Assembly (NCBI GenBank): GCA_964577435.1
Contig: CAZNZD010000001.1
Coordinates: 7,247 to 71,246, forward strand
Length of the DNA: 64,000 nucleotides
From: an uncultured Clostridia bacterium
Lineage (GTDB): Bacteria; Bacillota; DTU025; MWDF01
Reading direction: 5' to 3'
Of this stretch, positions 29,501 to 39,459 are shown piece by piece (within the stretch, counting starts at the first letter, position 1; each line of letters starts with the position of its first letter). The notes under the pieces are model-generated. The model was not told the DNA's origin. It saw only the letters and a program-made list of their open reading frames with translations, and did not search any database. The position numbers were made by a program, and so were the translations under genes.

Positions 29501-30868
29501 CTACTTGGCGATGGCCGCCAGCTGCCCGAAGAGGGCGTCAAGCGCTTCTGTGTAAGCCTTGTTGTTGACGCCTGTCCCACCGTTCTTGTCGACGTAGCCC
29601 GGCTGTATGTTCTCCCATGTGAACATAAGCTCTATCTGGCCGAGGATCGGGTCGGGATTGCCCTTGGCGTCCTTGCGGTCCTTGTTGTAGACAAAGACAT
29701 AGGGCACCTGGAGTTTGTTTGCGGTCACAACTTTTCCTGCAGCGTCTGTGTACTGGACGTTGTTCTTGTCGATTGCATAGGCTGTCTCTATGCCGGGGAA
29801 GTACTTGAGGACAAGGTCTACATACATGTTCGCATACGCGTTCTTGGTATCGCGGACCTGAAGCACGTTGGAATCAAGCCTTGTGTCCCAAGTGTAGATC
29901 TTATCGATGTTGTACTTCTTTGCGTACTGGTTGACAAGCTTCACCACAGCCTGGGTGTTCGGGCACCATGGTCCGCCGAACATGAAGACGAAGTTGCCCG
30001 GGCTTTCCAGGATCTTGGTGAGCTCGTAATAGGATGTAGTCTGCATCACCCAGGGTTCATCCTTCGCATCTAGTATCGTAGCCTTCGCCCTTGCGTTGTA
30101 AGCAGTGCTGAAGTACTCGAAGTCGGTGAAAGTGTCAAGCTTGGCAGTCTTCTTGCCAAGTATGGACTTCGTCGATATCAGGTCGAATAGTGGGCGGATC
30201 TCCTTCTTGTAAGCTTCGATTTTAGCCGGGTCGTCCTTTCCGTTGGTCTGGAAGTCGGCCTCCCACCTCAGCATCTTCTCATAAGAGGCGAGTATGGGGG
30301 CGGGCTTGCCGTCAGCGGTGACGCCCTTCTTGTTGTAGATGAACAGGAAGGGCACCTGCAGCTTGTTGGCTACTACGGTCTGACCCTCCGCGTTCACGTA
30401 ACTTACATTGTTGACGTTCTTGTCATACAGGGTGACTATGTTGGGCAGGTACTTATTCACAAGGTCTACATAAAGGTTGGCGTATGGGTTTTTGGTGTCG
30501 CGGATGTGCATGGAGGCTCCATCAAGCTTGAAGTCGAAGTTGTATATTGCCTCGACCCCATACTCCTTCGCCACATCGTTGATCTGACCGATTACAGCCT
30601 GGGTGTTGCCGCACCAAGCTCCCCCGAACAGTATCATGTATGTGCCTTCGCTTTCGAACAGCTTTATCAGCTGGTCGTATGAGACCGTCCTGAAGACGGG
30701 TTCAGGGTCTGTCAGGTGGGGGAAATTGGCGCTGTTGAAGAACTGGTACGTCGCATTGATTCCGGTCTTAGCCGCGGCTTCCGCGCCCGTTCCGACCCAC
30801 AAGCTGGCTCCTATTGCCACAATGCAAAGCAGCAACATGGCCGCCCTAGTTAATCTCCTTGCCATCAT
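29501..30868 (-). CDS. secreted protein with two tandem thioredoxin-like single-Cys modules (WCGNTQAV / WCPNTQAV)
   Basis: Signal peptide, then two ~200-aa repeats about 45-50% identical. Both carry FGGxWCxNTQAV, RDTKNxYANxYVDLVxKY and NKLQVPxxFxYNK. Confidence 0.6.
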   Translation of the reverse strand: MMARRLTRAAMLLLCIVAIGASLWVGTGAEAAAKTGINATYQFFNSANFPHLTDPEPVFRTVSYDQLIKLFESEGTYMILFGGAWCGNTQAVIGQINDVAKEYGVEAIYNFDFKLDGASMHIRDTKNPYANLYVDLVNKYLPNIVTLYDKNVNNVSYVNAEGQTVVANKLQVPFLFIYNKKGVTADGKPAPILASYEKMLRWEADFQTNGKDDPAKIEAYKKEIRPLFDLISTKSILGKKTAKLDTFTDFEYFSTAYNARAKATILDAKDEPWVMQTTSYYELTKILESPGNFVFMFGGPWCPNTQAVVKLVNQYAKKYNIDKIYTWDTRLDSNVLQVRDTKNAYANMYVDLVLKYFPGIETAYAIDKNNVQYTDAAGKVVTANKLQVPYVFVYNKDRKDAKGNPDPILGQIELMFTWENIQPGYVDKNGGTGVNNKAYTEALDALFGQLAAIAK

Positions 30869-30910
30869 CTTGCTCCCCTTTCGTTGAGTGCTGTAGTCCA
30901 GTGTGAATGA

Positions 30911-31156
30911 TTACGGGCACACTGCCCCGTCTGAGGATGGCGATTCCGCCTGAGGCGCAGCAACGCTGCCCGTATCTGGCGCCGCACCTGTAGCCGGAAG
31001 AAGTCCTCCTGGCAGTACATTGATTACCAGCCCTCCGCCAGAGCTTGGCGCGGCTGGTGCGAATGCATTCTTTTTCTGAAAATTGACCATGGTGAAAAGC
31101 CCGAAGCCGATGGCGACGAGCACTATAAAAAGTGCCACTGAATGCCTGTTTATCAA
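30911..31156 (-). CDS. small single-TM membrane protein with Pro/Gly/Ala-rich tail
   Basis: TTG start with AGGAGG 7 nt upstream. One N-terminal TM helix (VALFIVLVAIGFGLFTMV) followed by a low-complexity tail. Confidence 0.45.
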   Translation of the reverse strand: MINRHSVALFIVLVAIGFGLFTMVNFQKKNAFAPAAPSSGGGLVINVLPGGLLPATGAAPDTGSVAAPQAESPSSDGAVCP

Positions 31157-31375
31157 CTAGTTACCTCCTCTCGAAAGGCAGATGCCAATCTCGCTTAGCT
31201 GCCGGCGTCAGGGTCGTATACTAGCTTGACTGACGCTTCCTCCTGTCCCGGCCGGCAATTCATGTGATCTTTGTCCACTATTGACACAGCATTGTATGTT
31301 CTAGCTTCTTTCGTGACTCTTAGCGGCTTGGCCGCTGAACTCATGCCAGCCGCCACTCCACCGATGTCAGTATCC

Positions 31376-32782
31376 TCATGCCGCCTCAGTCGTTTCCACG
31401 TCAGCCTTAGGATTGTCATATACAGTCTGATCTACTTCCTTCAGGATCCTGGCAGAGACCGCTCCCGCCACAAATGCATCTGATACGTTAAGCGCGGTGC
31501 GGCCCATGTCTATCAATGGCTCAATCGAGATCAGCAGGCCGGCGAGGGCTATGGGCAGGTTGAGCGCTGAAAGCACTATCAAAGCAGCGAACGTCGCCCC
31601 TCCTCCGACTCCGGCAACCCCGAACGAGCTAATGGCTGTTACTATCGCGACCGTAAACAGGAAGCCTATTCTAAACGGATCAATCCCGACTGTTGGTGCT
31701 ATCATGACGGCCAGCATCGCAGGATAAATCCCGGCGCAGCCGTTCTGTCCGATAGCAATCCCGAAGGTGGCGGCGAAGTTCGCCACGCCCTCGGATATGC
31801 CCAGCTTCTTGGTCTGGGTCGAGACGGTCATAGGCAGCGTTCCTATGCTGGTGCGGGACGTGAATGCGAAGGCAAGCGTCGGGAACGCTTTCTTCAGGTA
31901 AGTCCATGGATTGTACTTGAACACAGCGAGAATGAACAGATGGACGATGAACATGATTATGATTGCCGCATACGAGGCAATTACGAATTTTGCCAGATTC
32001 ATGATTGCGTTAAAATCTGTGCCTGCAACCATTGAAGCCATCAAAGCCATAACACCGAACGGCGTGAGCTTGAGGATCATCGTTGTCATCCTCATAGTCA
32101 CTGCATAAGCTGCGTCCACAAGCTTCTGAACCAAATCGGTCTCGGCCGGGTATTTCTTCCTTGCTCCAAGAGTTGCCAGCCCGATGAAGGCTGAGAACAC
32201 CACCACTGCTAACGTGGAAGTGTTTCTTGCCCCTGTCATGTCCTTAAACGGGTTTGTGGGAATGATCTCAAGAATCTTGTCAGGCAGCGATGTTGTTGCC
32301 TGTGCGGATGACTGCTGCAGCACTGCGGCCCTTTGTGCCTCGGCGGCACCGACAGTCAGCTCCCTTGCGTCAAGGCCGAAGGCCAGTGCTGAGACCTCGC
32401 CCACCATGGCTGCCACGCCGGCAGTAAGCACCAGCGTAAGGATTACGCTCAGGCTCATCTTGCCCAGGTTCTTCGAATCCTTGAGCTTCAGTATTGCCGA
32501 TATGATTGAAACCATGACCAATGGAATGACTATCATGCGGAGAAGGTTCACATACCCATTTCCCACCAGCCCATACCACGGAAGCGTGCCATCGATGACT
32601 TCCTGTTGCCCTTTGAAGGCGAACTGCAAAGCAAGGCCTAGTACTATTCCCAGGCCGAGCGCAATCAGCACACGCTTCGTGAATGACGCCTTCTTCACCT
32701 GCATCCAGTAGACAATTCCTAGCAATACTGCAAGTACGACGACGTTTATCACAATATACAGATTTACCATGAGTTCCTCCAA
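31376..32782 (-). CDS. dicarboxylate/amino acid:cation symporter (DAACS) family transporter, TcyP-like by length (specificity unknown)
   Basis: 468 aa with 8 TM helices plus two re-entrant loops, typical of DAACS/GltP proteins. GGAGG RBS. Confidence 0.8.
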   Translation of the reverse strand: MEELMVNLYIVINVVVLAVLLGIVYWMQVKKASFTKRVLIALGLGIVLGLALQFAFKGQQEVIDGTLPWYGLVGNGYVNLLRMIVIPLVMVSIISAILKLKDSKNLGKMSLSVILTLVLTAGVAAMVGEVSALAFGLDARELTVGAAEAQRAAVLQQSSAQATTSLPDKILEIIPTNPFKDMTGARNTSTLAVVVFSAFIGLATLGARKKYPAETDLVQKLVDAAYAVTMRMTTMILKLTPFGVMALMASMVAGTDFNAIMNLAKFVIASYAAIIIMFIVHLFILAVFKYNPWTYLKKAFPTLAFAFTSRTSIGTLPMTVSTQTKKLGISEGVANFAATFGIAIGQNGCAGIYPAMLAVMIAPTVGIDPFRIGFLFTVAIVTAISSFGVAGVGGGATFAALIVLSALNLPIALAGLLISIEPLIDMGRTALNVSDAFVAGAVSARILKEVDQTVYDNPKADVETTEAA

Positions 32783-33559
32783 TACCCTTAGTAGTGTTAG
32801 ACCTTGGTGTTTCCTTTATCCTCCGCTTCCTCCCCGCCTCTCCGAACCGGGCTCCCGGCTGCATCTATAATGGCTTCCACTTCGGATGCAGACCGCAAAG
32901 CGCCTATCTTGGCCGCCTCCATCACCTTCTTTCGGACTCATCAAACGAACGATGTATTTGAATGTATCAATATTCGCCCATTAGATTGGAAATCCTTCTG
33001 CAGGGATACTATTCTATCCCTGTCAAATCATTGTATTCATATGCCATCTCATAGGAGGATGGGTATCTTCTCCCTGATGTGCGAATAACCACAAGAAGGT
33101 GCGCGCAATCGGATGCGGCAATTACGACCGCCTCCCAATTTCTGTGAAATATGGGTGTCTCTCACGCCCGAAAGCAGCAGGAGGGGGCCTAAGCGCTCCA
33201 TCTCATCCAGGCCATGTATGAGCCTCCGGTCTCTAACACGGAGAGGGGAAATGCACCTGAGTCCTTACTTAGAGCGCGCTCCTAGAAGCGACAATATCGC
33301 TTCTGCCAAGATTCTGTGAGAGAGGCATATCGGGCGGTGAAATATATATTTACTTTCACCCTTAATAAGGTGGACAGACTGCTTCTTACCATTTATTATC
33401 ATTTACAGATTGTATCTATTTGCTTCGAGCAGATCGTTGGGCGACTCATCACCTAAGCCGCCTCATCCTCCGGGAGCAGGGTTGCTACTGGTCGCCTGCC
33501 CCGGCCCCAACCTCTCAAGGCGCAATACTCTTCTCACCATCTGACAAAGGGGTGCGCAT

Positions 33560-36268
33560 ATGATATCATGGCTTTCTTGCCTGTGGGCTAAGACACCCAC
33601 GGACGAAACGGCTGCCACCTATCACCCGCTTCTTCTTCACATGCTGGATGCCGCCGCCTGTGCAAGAGCCTTGCTTAAAAGGGAGCCTCAAAGCACCTCT
33701 CGCATGCTGGCCGCTGCTTTGATGATGGACCCAGACGAGCTCCCCTCGCTGCTCAGCTTCCTAGTCGCCTGCCACGATATCGGAAAGGCGGCGCCCGGGT
33801 TTCAGCTGAAGTGGCCTCCTTTCAACAGGATGGCCGCTGCTGAAGGGATAACGATTCCGCATCACCCGGATACCAGCTTCAATCATGCCTTCCTTAGCCA
33901 GTCAGTGCTTGAGACAGAACTGCCTTCCCTTGGTTGGGATCCAGGCAGGGCAAGGCTACTTTCATATGCCGTTGGTTATCATCACGGGGTTCGCCCCTCT
34001 TTCAGCACAATCCTTGAACTGGAGTCGAATAGAGGCGCCATAGGGGATAAAAGCTGGTCTGAAGCCAGATGTGACATCCTTCGCCTGTTAGCCGGTTTCT
34101 TCAAGGTGAAGCCGCCCACATCGGAATATCCCCACGATCCCGCCGGTGAGGACTTCGCTATGCTGGCCGGATTCATCACCATATCGGACTGGATAGCCTC
34201 CGATACCAGGATGTTCCCCTACGGTACGGCCGATGACTGCCTTGATCTTGAGACATGGTACAAGATCAGATGCAAGCTTGCTGCAGCAGCTTTGGATCGA
34301 ATCGGTTGGAATGTGAAGTCCCCTCTTACTGAAATGCCTTTATCCTTTACAGATGTCTTCAGCAAGTATTCCCCGCGACCCCTTCAGTCTGCGATGGCTC
34401 AAGCCACGCTCGCCACTGAGACCCCCTCCGTTTTCGTAATAGAGGCCCCGATGGGCGAGGGAAAGACGGAGGCCGCACTCTTCTCATACCTCGTCCTGCA
34501 GGCTCGCCTCGGGCATAGAGGCCTTTACATGGCGATGCCGACAAGGGCTACTGGAAATGCCATGTATGACAGAGTACGCGAATTCCTGGATGGCCTGAAA
34601 CTTGACAGGCCGATCGACCTCCAGCTCGTGCACGGAGCGGCAGTCAGGCAAAAGCCTGAAGGCGATGTAAGAGCTTTCACAGCTAACAGCGAAAGCCATC
34701 CATCCTCTGCTCCGGCTGCTGACATCGAGGCGTCGGAGTGGTTCGGAAGCAGGAAGAAGGCGCTGCTGTCCGAAACGGGTGTAGGAACCATAGACCAGGC
34801 TTTGATGTCCGTGCTGAGCGTCAGGCACAATTACCTCAGGATGTGGGGACTGGCCAATAAGGTGGTCGTCTTCGATGAAGTGCACGCCTACGACGCTTAT
34901 ACCGGCACGCTTCTTCTGGAGCTTATACGTTGGCTCCACTACCTTAACTCCTCTGTGGTGATCCTCTCTGCCACATTGCCGGACAAGTTCAGGTCCGAGC
35001 TGGCTTCCGTCACAGGAAGCGATAAGCTTGTGACCACTTTGCCGCAGGCAAAAGCCGAATACCCGAGAATCACAGTGATGGACAGGCACGGTATGAAAGA
35101 GTCAGGCTTCCCGTATGACGAAACCCTCTCAAGGGAGATTGCGATAATCGGCGCATCTGTGGATGCAGACGCTCCGAGGTTGATCATAGAAAGCCAGTTG
35201 GAGAACAGTGGCATGGCCGCTGTCATCGCTAATACCGTCGACCGGGCCCAAGCGGTCTATCGCGCATTTGGCCCGGGGGATGCCATACGCAAAGACGGGG
35301 AGACTGTCGGCAAGCTCCTTCCGGATGGCACAGAGATCTACTTGTTCCACGCCAGATTCCCCTCGGATTCAAGGAGGGTAAGGGAGGGCAATGCACTCGA
35401 TCTATTCTTCAGCAAGAACGAGACAAGGCAAGGGCGCAAGGTGATAGTCGCCACTCAGGTCATCGAGCAAAGCCTGGACCTGGACTTCGACCTTATGATA
35501 ACCGACCTTGCTCCGGTAGACCTCCTTCTGCAGAGGGCAGGAAGGCTTTGGAGGAAGCCTCGCAATGCAAGGCCGACGGAGAAGCCACTTCTTTACGTGG
35601 CCGGATTGTACGAAAGGCTGTTTGACTTCGGACGGCCTCTCTGGTGGAGCGCAGTATACAGGGAGGACATCCTGATTAAGACATGGGCGCTGCTAAGGAA
35701 CCGGACTGCAATCCGGATGCCGGCCGATATCGACCTTCTTGTGCAGGCGGCATATGGAGAGGATATTACGATGCTTGGGGATATTACGGAGGCTGAGCGG
35801 CAGCGCTATGAGAGGGCCGAACAAGAGAGCCAGGGAACCGTATCGGCGATGAGGTGCGCCGCGAGGAGTACTGCCATAGGCCACCCTGATGACGGGTCGT
35901 GGGAAGACCCCAGCCGGCTGTGTCTGCTTGAGGAGGCTTCTCCGGAAGTAAATCGGATGCTGGTCGCTAAGACGAGGAGTTCGGACAGCAGCATGACTGC
36001 AGTATTGATCCGGCCCGATTCAATCTCATCGCTCACCGAAGTGAAGGATTCCCAGACCTTGAAGGACCTTATAGGCAGAAGCATCGGCATTTCCCGCAAG
36101 TCCGTTATCTCCGCTCTTGGCAGGGCAGGGGTTCCGGAGGCATGGAAGAAGGAGCCCGTCTTGAGATTCTGTTATCCGATGCTTCTTGATGATGATGGGA
36201 GGTGGCAGATGGACCGCAACGTCAGGCTGGATGATGAACTCGGACTCGTTTATGGTCAGGAGGTATAA
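33560..36268 (+). CDS. cas3: Cas3 HD-nuclease/helicase (type I-E)
   Basis: N-terminal HD domain (HMLDAAA...CHDIGKAAPGFQ), DEVH box (VVVFDEVHAYD) and a helicase C-terminal domain. 902 aa. Confidence 0.9.
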   Translation: MISWLSCLWAKTPTDETAATYHPLLLHMLDAAACARALLKREPQSTSRMLAAALMMDPDELPSLLSFLVACHDIGKAAPGFQLKWPPFNRMAAAEGITIPHHPDTSFNHAFLSQSVLETELPSLGWDPGRARLLSYAVGYHHGVRPSFSTILELESNRGAIGDKSWSEARCDILRLLAGFFKVKPPTSEYPHDPAGEDFAMLAGFITISDWIASDTRMFPYGTADDCLDLETWYKIRCKLAAAALDRIGWNVKSPLTEMPLSFTDVFSKYSPRPLQSAMAQATLATETPSVFVIEAPMGEGKTEAALFSYLVLQARLGHRGLYMAMPTRATGNAMYDRVREFLDGLKLDRPIDLQLVHGAAVRQKPEGDVRAFTANSESHPSSAPAADIEASEWFGSRKKALLSETGVGTIDQALMSVLSVRHNYLRMWGLANKVVVFDEVHAYDAYTGTLLLELIRWLHYLNSSVVILSATLPDKFRSELASVTGSDKLVTTLPQAKAEYPRITVMDRHGMKESGFPYDETLSREIAIIGASVDADAPRLIIESQLENSGMAAVIANTVDRAQAVYRAFGPGDAIRKDGETVGKLLPDGTEIYLFHARFPSDSRRVREGNALDLFFSKNETRQGRKVIVATQVIEQSLDLDFDLMITDLAPVDLLLQRAGRLWRKPRNARPTEKPLLYVAGLYERLFDFGRPLWWSAVYREDILIKTWALLRNRTAIRMPADIDLLVQAAYGEDITMLGDITEAERQRYERAEQESQGTVSAMRCAARSTAIGHPDDGSWEDPSRLCLLEEASPEVNRMLVAKTRSSDSSMTAVLIRPDSISSLTEVKDSQTLKDLIGRSIGISRKSVISALGRAGVPEAWKKEPVLRFCYPMLLDDDGRWQMDRNVRLDDELGLVYGQEV

Positions 36269-36269
36269 G

Positions 36270-37805
36270 ATGGGCAGTTTCAACCTTTTAGACGAGGCAT
36301 GGATCCCGGTGAGCATGCTCGACGGGACAAAACGAAGCCTGGGGCTGAAGGATATTTTTCGGAATGCAGGTTCAATACTGGCAATCGAGCACACCTCTCC
36401 GCTTATAGTCGGATCAGTATACAGGCTGTTGCTTGCTGTGCTCTACAGGGCTTTTGACGGACCCTCCTCGCTCGGCGAGGCTTCACGGATATATGAGGAC
36501 GGGTTAAGCAGAAGGTTGCCCGACATCCATGATTACCTGGAGAGATGGCGGGAGAGATTCTACCTATTCGATGACGCGCACCCCTTTTTCCAAGTCCCGG
36601 ATTATATGCCCAAGTCCAGGCGATACTGGACTGCACTGGCCGCCGAGATGAACGACGACAACTCGAAAGTCTTGTTCGACCACACAGGCTTTGAGGGCTT
36701 ACAGGAGGACTTCATGGCCCTTGACCCAATAAACCACGCAGAAGCGGCATTATTCCTGCTTGCCACTCAGGCATTCTCAGTATGCAAGGGAAAAAGCGAG
36801 TTCCAATATACCAAGGGTGCGCCCATAGCCTCTTCAGCGGCTTTCATTGTTCAAGGGACATCCTTAGAGGATTCCCTGTTACTCATGTTGCATCCATATC
36901 CCAACAAGGAAGTGCAGCAGGCCGACTTGCCTGTCTGGGAGCGGCCCCCACTATCGTCATGCCAGCTGAAGGAGGGGATATCCCGCGAGATCTCTGGTTA
37001 TGCCGACCTTTACACATGGATGAGCAGGTCCGTGAAGCTACTCGCCGAGAACGATGGGAAGGTGCATTCTATCGGCCTAGCATCAGGGGTAGTAGATGAT
37101 AACACCCTCAATCTGGAGGATCCAATGTGCGGTTTCAGGACCGACCAGAAGTTCGGGCGGCTTCCGCTTCAATTCGGCGAAAGGGGTTTGTGGAGGAACT
37201 TCGATTCGCTGATTCCATCAAGCTCTGCAGATTGTGCCCCTAAAGTAGTAGAGAATGCCATTGCACTAATGAGAAGGAGTGGTAAGCATTCCGTATTCAG
37301 CCTTCTTGCAGTCGGCCAGAGTAACGACAAGGCCAAGATCGAGTTCTGGCGGCAGGAGAGGTACTCCATGCCGGAAGCCATGCTCTCCGACCTCGACGCA
37401 AGAGGTATCGTGCAATCGGCAATACGGCTGGCGGAGGATTACAGCCAACCGATAATCGGCGCCTGCAGGACATATGCAAAGAAGATGCTCTCCGGAGGCG
37501 ACCGGGATCCTGACATGAAAGACGTCACCTCCTTCTTAAGAAGCGCGACGGCGATCCAGGATTATTGGACAGGGGCCGAAAGGGGATTCCATGAGCTTTT
37601 ATCCGCGATGGATACGCAGTTCGACCCTGATGAAGTAGAAGACGCCTGGAGAGACCACCTAAGACGAACAGCCCTTAAGTCCTGGGATGACTATATGGCA
37701 TCACAGACCGGCATAAGGTCCATAGTTGCTCAAGCTCACGGCAAGCGCACTCTAATGGTAAAGCTTAATCATCTATCTCCACAGCAAGGGGGGACGGTAT
37801 CATGA
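36270..37805 (+). CDS. cse1: Cse1/CasA (Cas8e) large Cascade subunit
   Basis: Starts 1 nt after the cas3 stop with a GGAGGT RBS. N-terminus MGSFNLLDEAWIPV is typical of CasA. 511 aa. Confidence 0.85.
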   Translation: MGSFNLLDEAWIPVSMLDGTKRSLGLKDIFRNAGSILAIEHTSPLIVGSVYRLLLAVLYRAFDGPSSLGEASRIYEDGLSRRLPDIHDYLERWRERFYLFDDAHPFFQVPDYMPKSRRYWTALAAEMNDDNSKVLFDHTGFEGLQEDFMALDPINHAEAALFLLATQAFSVCKGKSEFQYTKGAPIASSAAFIVQGTSLEDSLLLMLHPYPNKEVQQADLPVWERPPLSSCQLKEGISREISGYADLYTWMSRSVKLLAENDGKVHSIGLASGVVDDNTLNLEDPMCGFRTDQKFGRLPLQFGERGLWRNFDSLIPSSSADCAPKVVENAIALMRRSGKHSVFSLLAVGQSNDKAKIEFWRQERYSMPEAMLSDLDARGIVQSAIRLAEDYSQPIIGACRTYAKKMLSGGDRDPDMKDVTSFLRSATAIQDYWTGAERGFHELLSAMDTQFDPDEVEDAWRDHLRRTALKSWDDYMASQTGIRSIVAQAHGKRTLMVKLNHLSPQQGGTVS

Positions 37806-38284
37806 ACGGTTTCATCGACCGGCTCGAGGAGCTTAATGAAGGTGACCCCAAAGTCAGGGCAGAGCTGAAAAGGAGCCTTTCATTCGACCCCGGCACATAT
37901 CCGAGGGTATTCGGATTTGTTGAGCCCTGGGTGCAGAAAACGCAGCTGAATGATTCGAGGCGCATAGCCTACTACCTAGTTGCAGGACTATGGGCGATGA
38001 ACTGGAGCGAGGCGACGGGAAGGGGTGGCAATTCAATCGGAAAAGCCTGCCTCCTACTGAGAAACCAGAAGGACTCCTCGAGCATGGATGCCCGGTTCAT
38101 CAACCTTTTGGAGGCTGATGAGGGGCAGCTTCCCAACAGGCTGCGGCAGATTGTGTCCCTTCTGAAGGAGATACCTATAGACTTCAGACAGCTGCTGGAT
38201 GACGTAGTCTTTTGGGGCTTCGAAGACAAGCGCATCCAGATAAGGTGGGCCAAGGAATACTTCGGTGGAATTGAAATCCAATAA
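37802..38284 (+). CDS. cse2: Cse2/CasB (Cas11e) small Cascade subunit
   Basis: 160 aa alpha-helical protein in the position and size expected for CasB. Overlaps cse1 by ATGA. Confidence 0.85.
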   Translation: MNGFIDRLEELNEGDPKVRAELKRSLSFDPGTYPRVFGFVEPWVQKTQLNDSRRIAYYLVAGLWAMNWSEATGRGGNSIGKACLLLRNQKDSSSMDARFINLLEADEGQLPNRLRQIVSLLKEIPIDFRQLLDDVVFWGFEDKRIQIRWAKEYFGGIEIQ

Positions 38285-38297
38285 AGGAGGTAGGAAA

Positions 38298-39449
38298 GTG
38301 AACAGACTGCTAGTTGAAGTGCATGTCCTTCAGAACTTCGCCCCGTCCAATCTTAACAGGGATGATACCGGAGCACCCAAAGATGCGATTTTCGGGGGCT
38401 CCAGAAGAGCCAGGATATCGAGCCAGTGCCTTAAAAGGTCAGTACGGGAGTACTTTAGGGAAAAGGCAGAAGATGGAGTTATTGCCGTCGATGATTTAGC
38501 CATAAGGACTAAGAGGCTGCACGCCATGCTTCTTGATTCTCTTGAGCCTTTGGGAAGGAGGCCTGAGGAATCGGAGGGTAAAATCAAGACCGCATTGTCG
38601 TGGATAAACCTGTCTTTGGACGAAAAGAATGAGAATAAGAGCCAGTATCTTCTTTTTGTAGGGCCAAGGGAAGTAAGCGACATAGCCAGGATCATCAACG
38701 ACAAATGGGACCTTATCCTAGTGGCTGAGCTAGGCGGCGAAGAGAAGAAAGCCAAGAAGAAGGATGCAGCAAAAGCTTCAGACCCCAAGGTGGCAGATGC
38801 ACTCCGTAAGGCATTAGACGGCGGCAAGGCTATAGATCTGGCTTTGTTCGGAAGGATGCTTGCCGACATGCCCGGTAAGAACGCCGATGCCTCATGCCAG
38901 GTGGCGCACGCGATCTCAACTCATGCAGTTGAAAGGGAGTTCGACTTCTATACCGCGATCGACGACCTAAAGCCGGATGACACCTCAGGGGCTGATATGA
39001 TGGGTACCGTGGAGTTCAACTCCGCCTGCTTCTATAGATACGCCGTTCTGGATTGGGAGAAATTTCTTAGTAACCTTCAAGGGGATGCTGAGCTGGCCAG
39101 GAAGGCCGCTCGTTTATTCATTGAGAGCTTCGTGATGGCGGAGCCGAGCGGAAAGCAGAACTCCTTCGCAGCCCATAACCCACCGGAGTTCGTCATGGTC
39201 TCATTGGTTACGAAAGGACAACCCCTCAACCTTCTTAACTCATTCGAAAGGCCTGTGTATTCGAAGAAGGGGCTCACTGCAGCCTCTGTAGACGCCCTAA
39301 CGGATAAGGCCAAAGCTTTAAATACAGCCTATTCCAGGGCTTCTGATAATTTCATTCTGAACCTGACAAGCTCCGACGCCGAAGGCCTCGGTATCAAGGT
39401 TGGCACCCTTAACGACCTGCTTGATAAGACAGCCAGCAGACTGGCTTAG
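38298..39449 (+). CDS. cas7e: Cas7e/CasC Cascade backbone subunit
   Basis: GTG start with AGGAGG 7 nt upstream. Motif HVLQNFAPSNLNRDDTGAPKD is diagnostic of CasC. Confidence 0.85.
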   Translation: MNRLLVEVHVLQNFAPSNLNRDDTGAPKDAIFGGSRRARISSQCLKRSVREYFREKAEDGVIAVDDLAIRTKRLHAMLLDSLEPLGRRPEESEGKIKTALSWINLSLDEKNENKSQYLLFVGPREVSDIARIINDKWDLILVAELGGEEKKAKKKDAAKASDPKVADALRKALDGGKAIDLALFGRMLADMPGKNADASCQVAHAISTHAVEREFDFYTAIDDLKPDDTSGADMMGTVEFNSACFYRYAVLDWEKFLSNLQGDAELARKAARLFIESFVMAEPSGKQNSFAAHNPPEFVMVSLVTKGQPLNLLNSFERPVYSKKGLTAASVDALTDKAKALNTAYSRASDNFILNLTSSDAEGLGIKVGTLNDLLDKTASRLA

Positions 39450-39459
39450 GAGTGATAGA

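Noticed and set aside
29285-30073. 262-aa plus-strand ORF overlapping the cysteine-synthase and thioredoxin-like genes
   Set aside because: Spans the intergenic region and two real minus-strand genes; Cys/Val/Leu-rich nonsense.
32783-33559. 777-bp non-coding region between the transporter and cas3, scanned for a T-box, SAM riboswitch or a cas regulator gene
   Set aside because: No conserved riboswitch core motifs (for example the T-box AGGGTGGNACCGCG) and no credible ORF were found. It probably holds the divergent promoters only, and is left as a place to run Infernal.
34484-35089. 201-aa minus-strand ORF inside cas3
   Set aside because: Antisense to the Cas3 helicase core (DEVH box on the sense strand); no RBS.
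36186-36269. Upstream extension of the cse1 ORF (MMMMGGGRW...) overlapping the cas3 3' end
   Set aside because: The real CasA N-terminus MGSFNLLDEAWIPV begins at 36270 with a GGAGGT RBS; the extension is read-through of the cas3 coding region.
38330-38869. 179-aa minus-strand ORF inside cas7e
   Set aside because: Antisense Ser/Leu-rich frame; cas7e carries a diagnostic motif on the sense strand.
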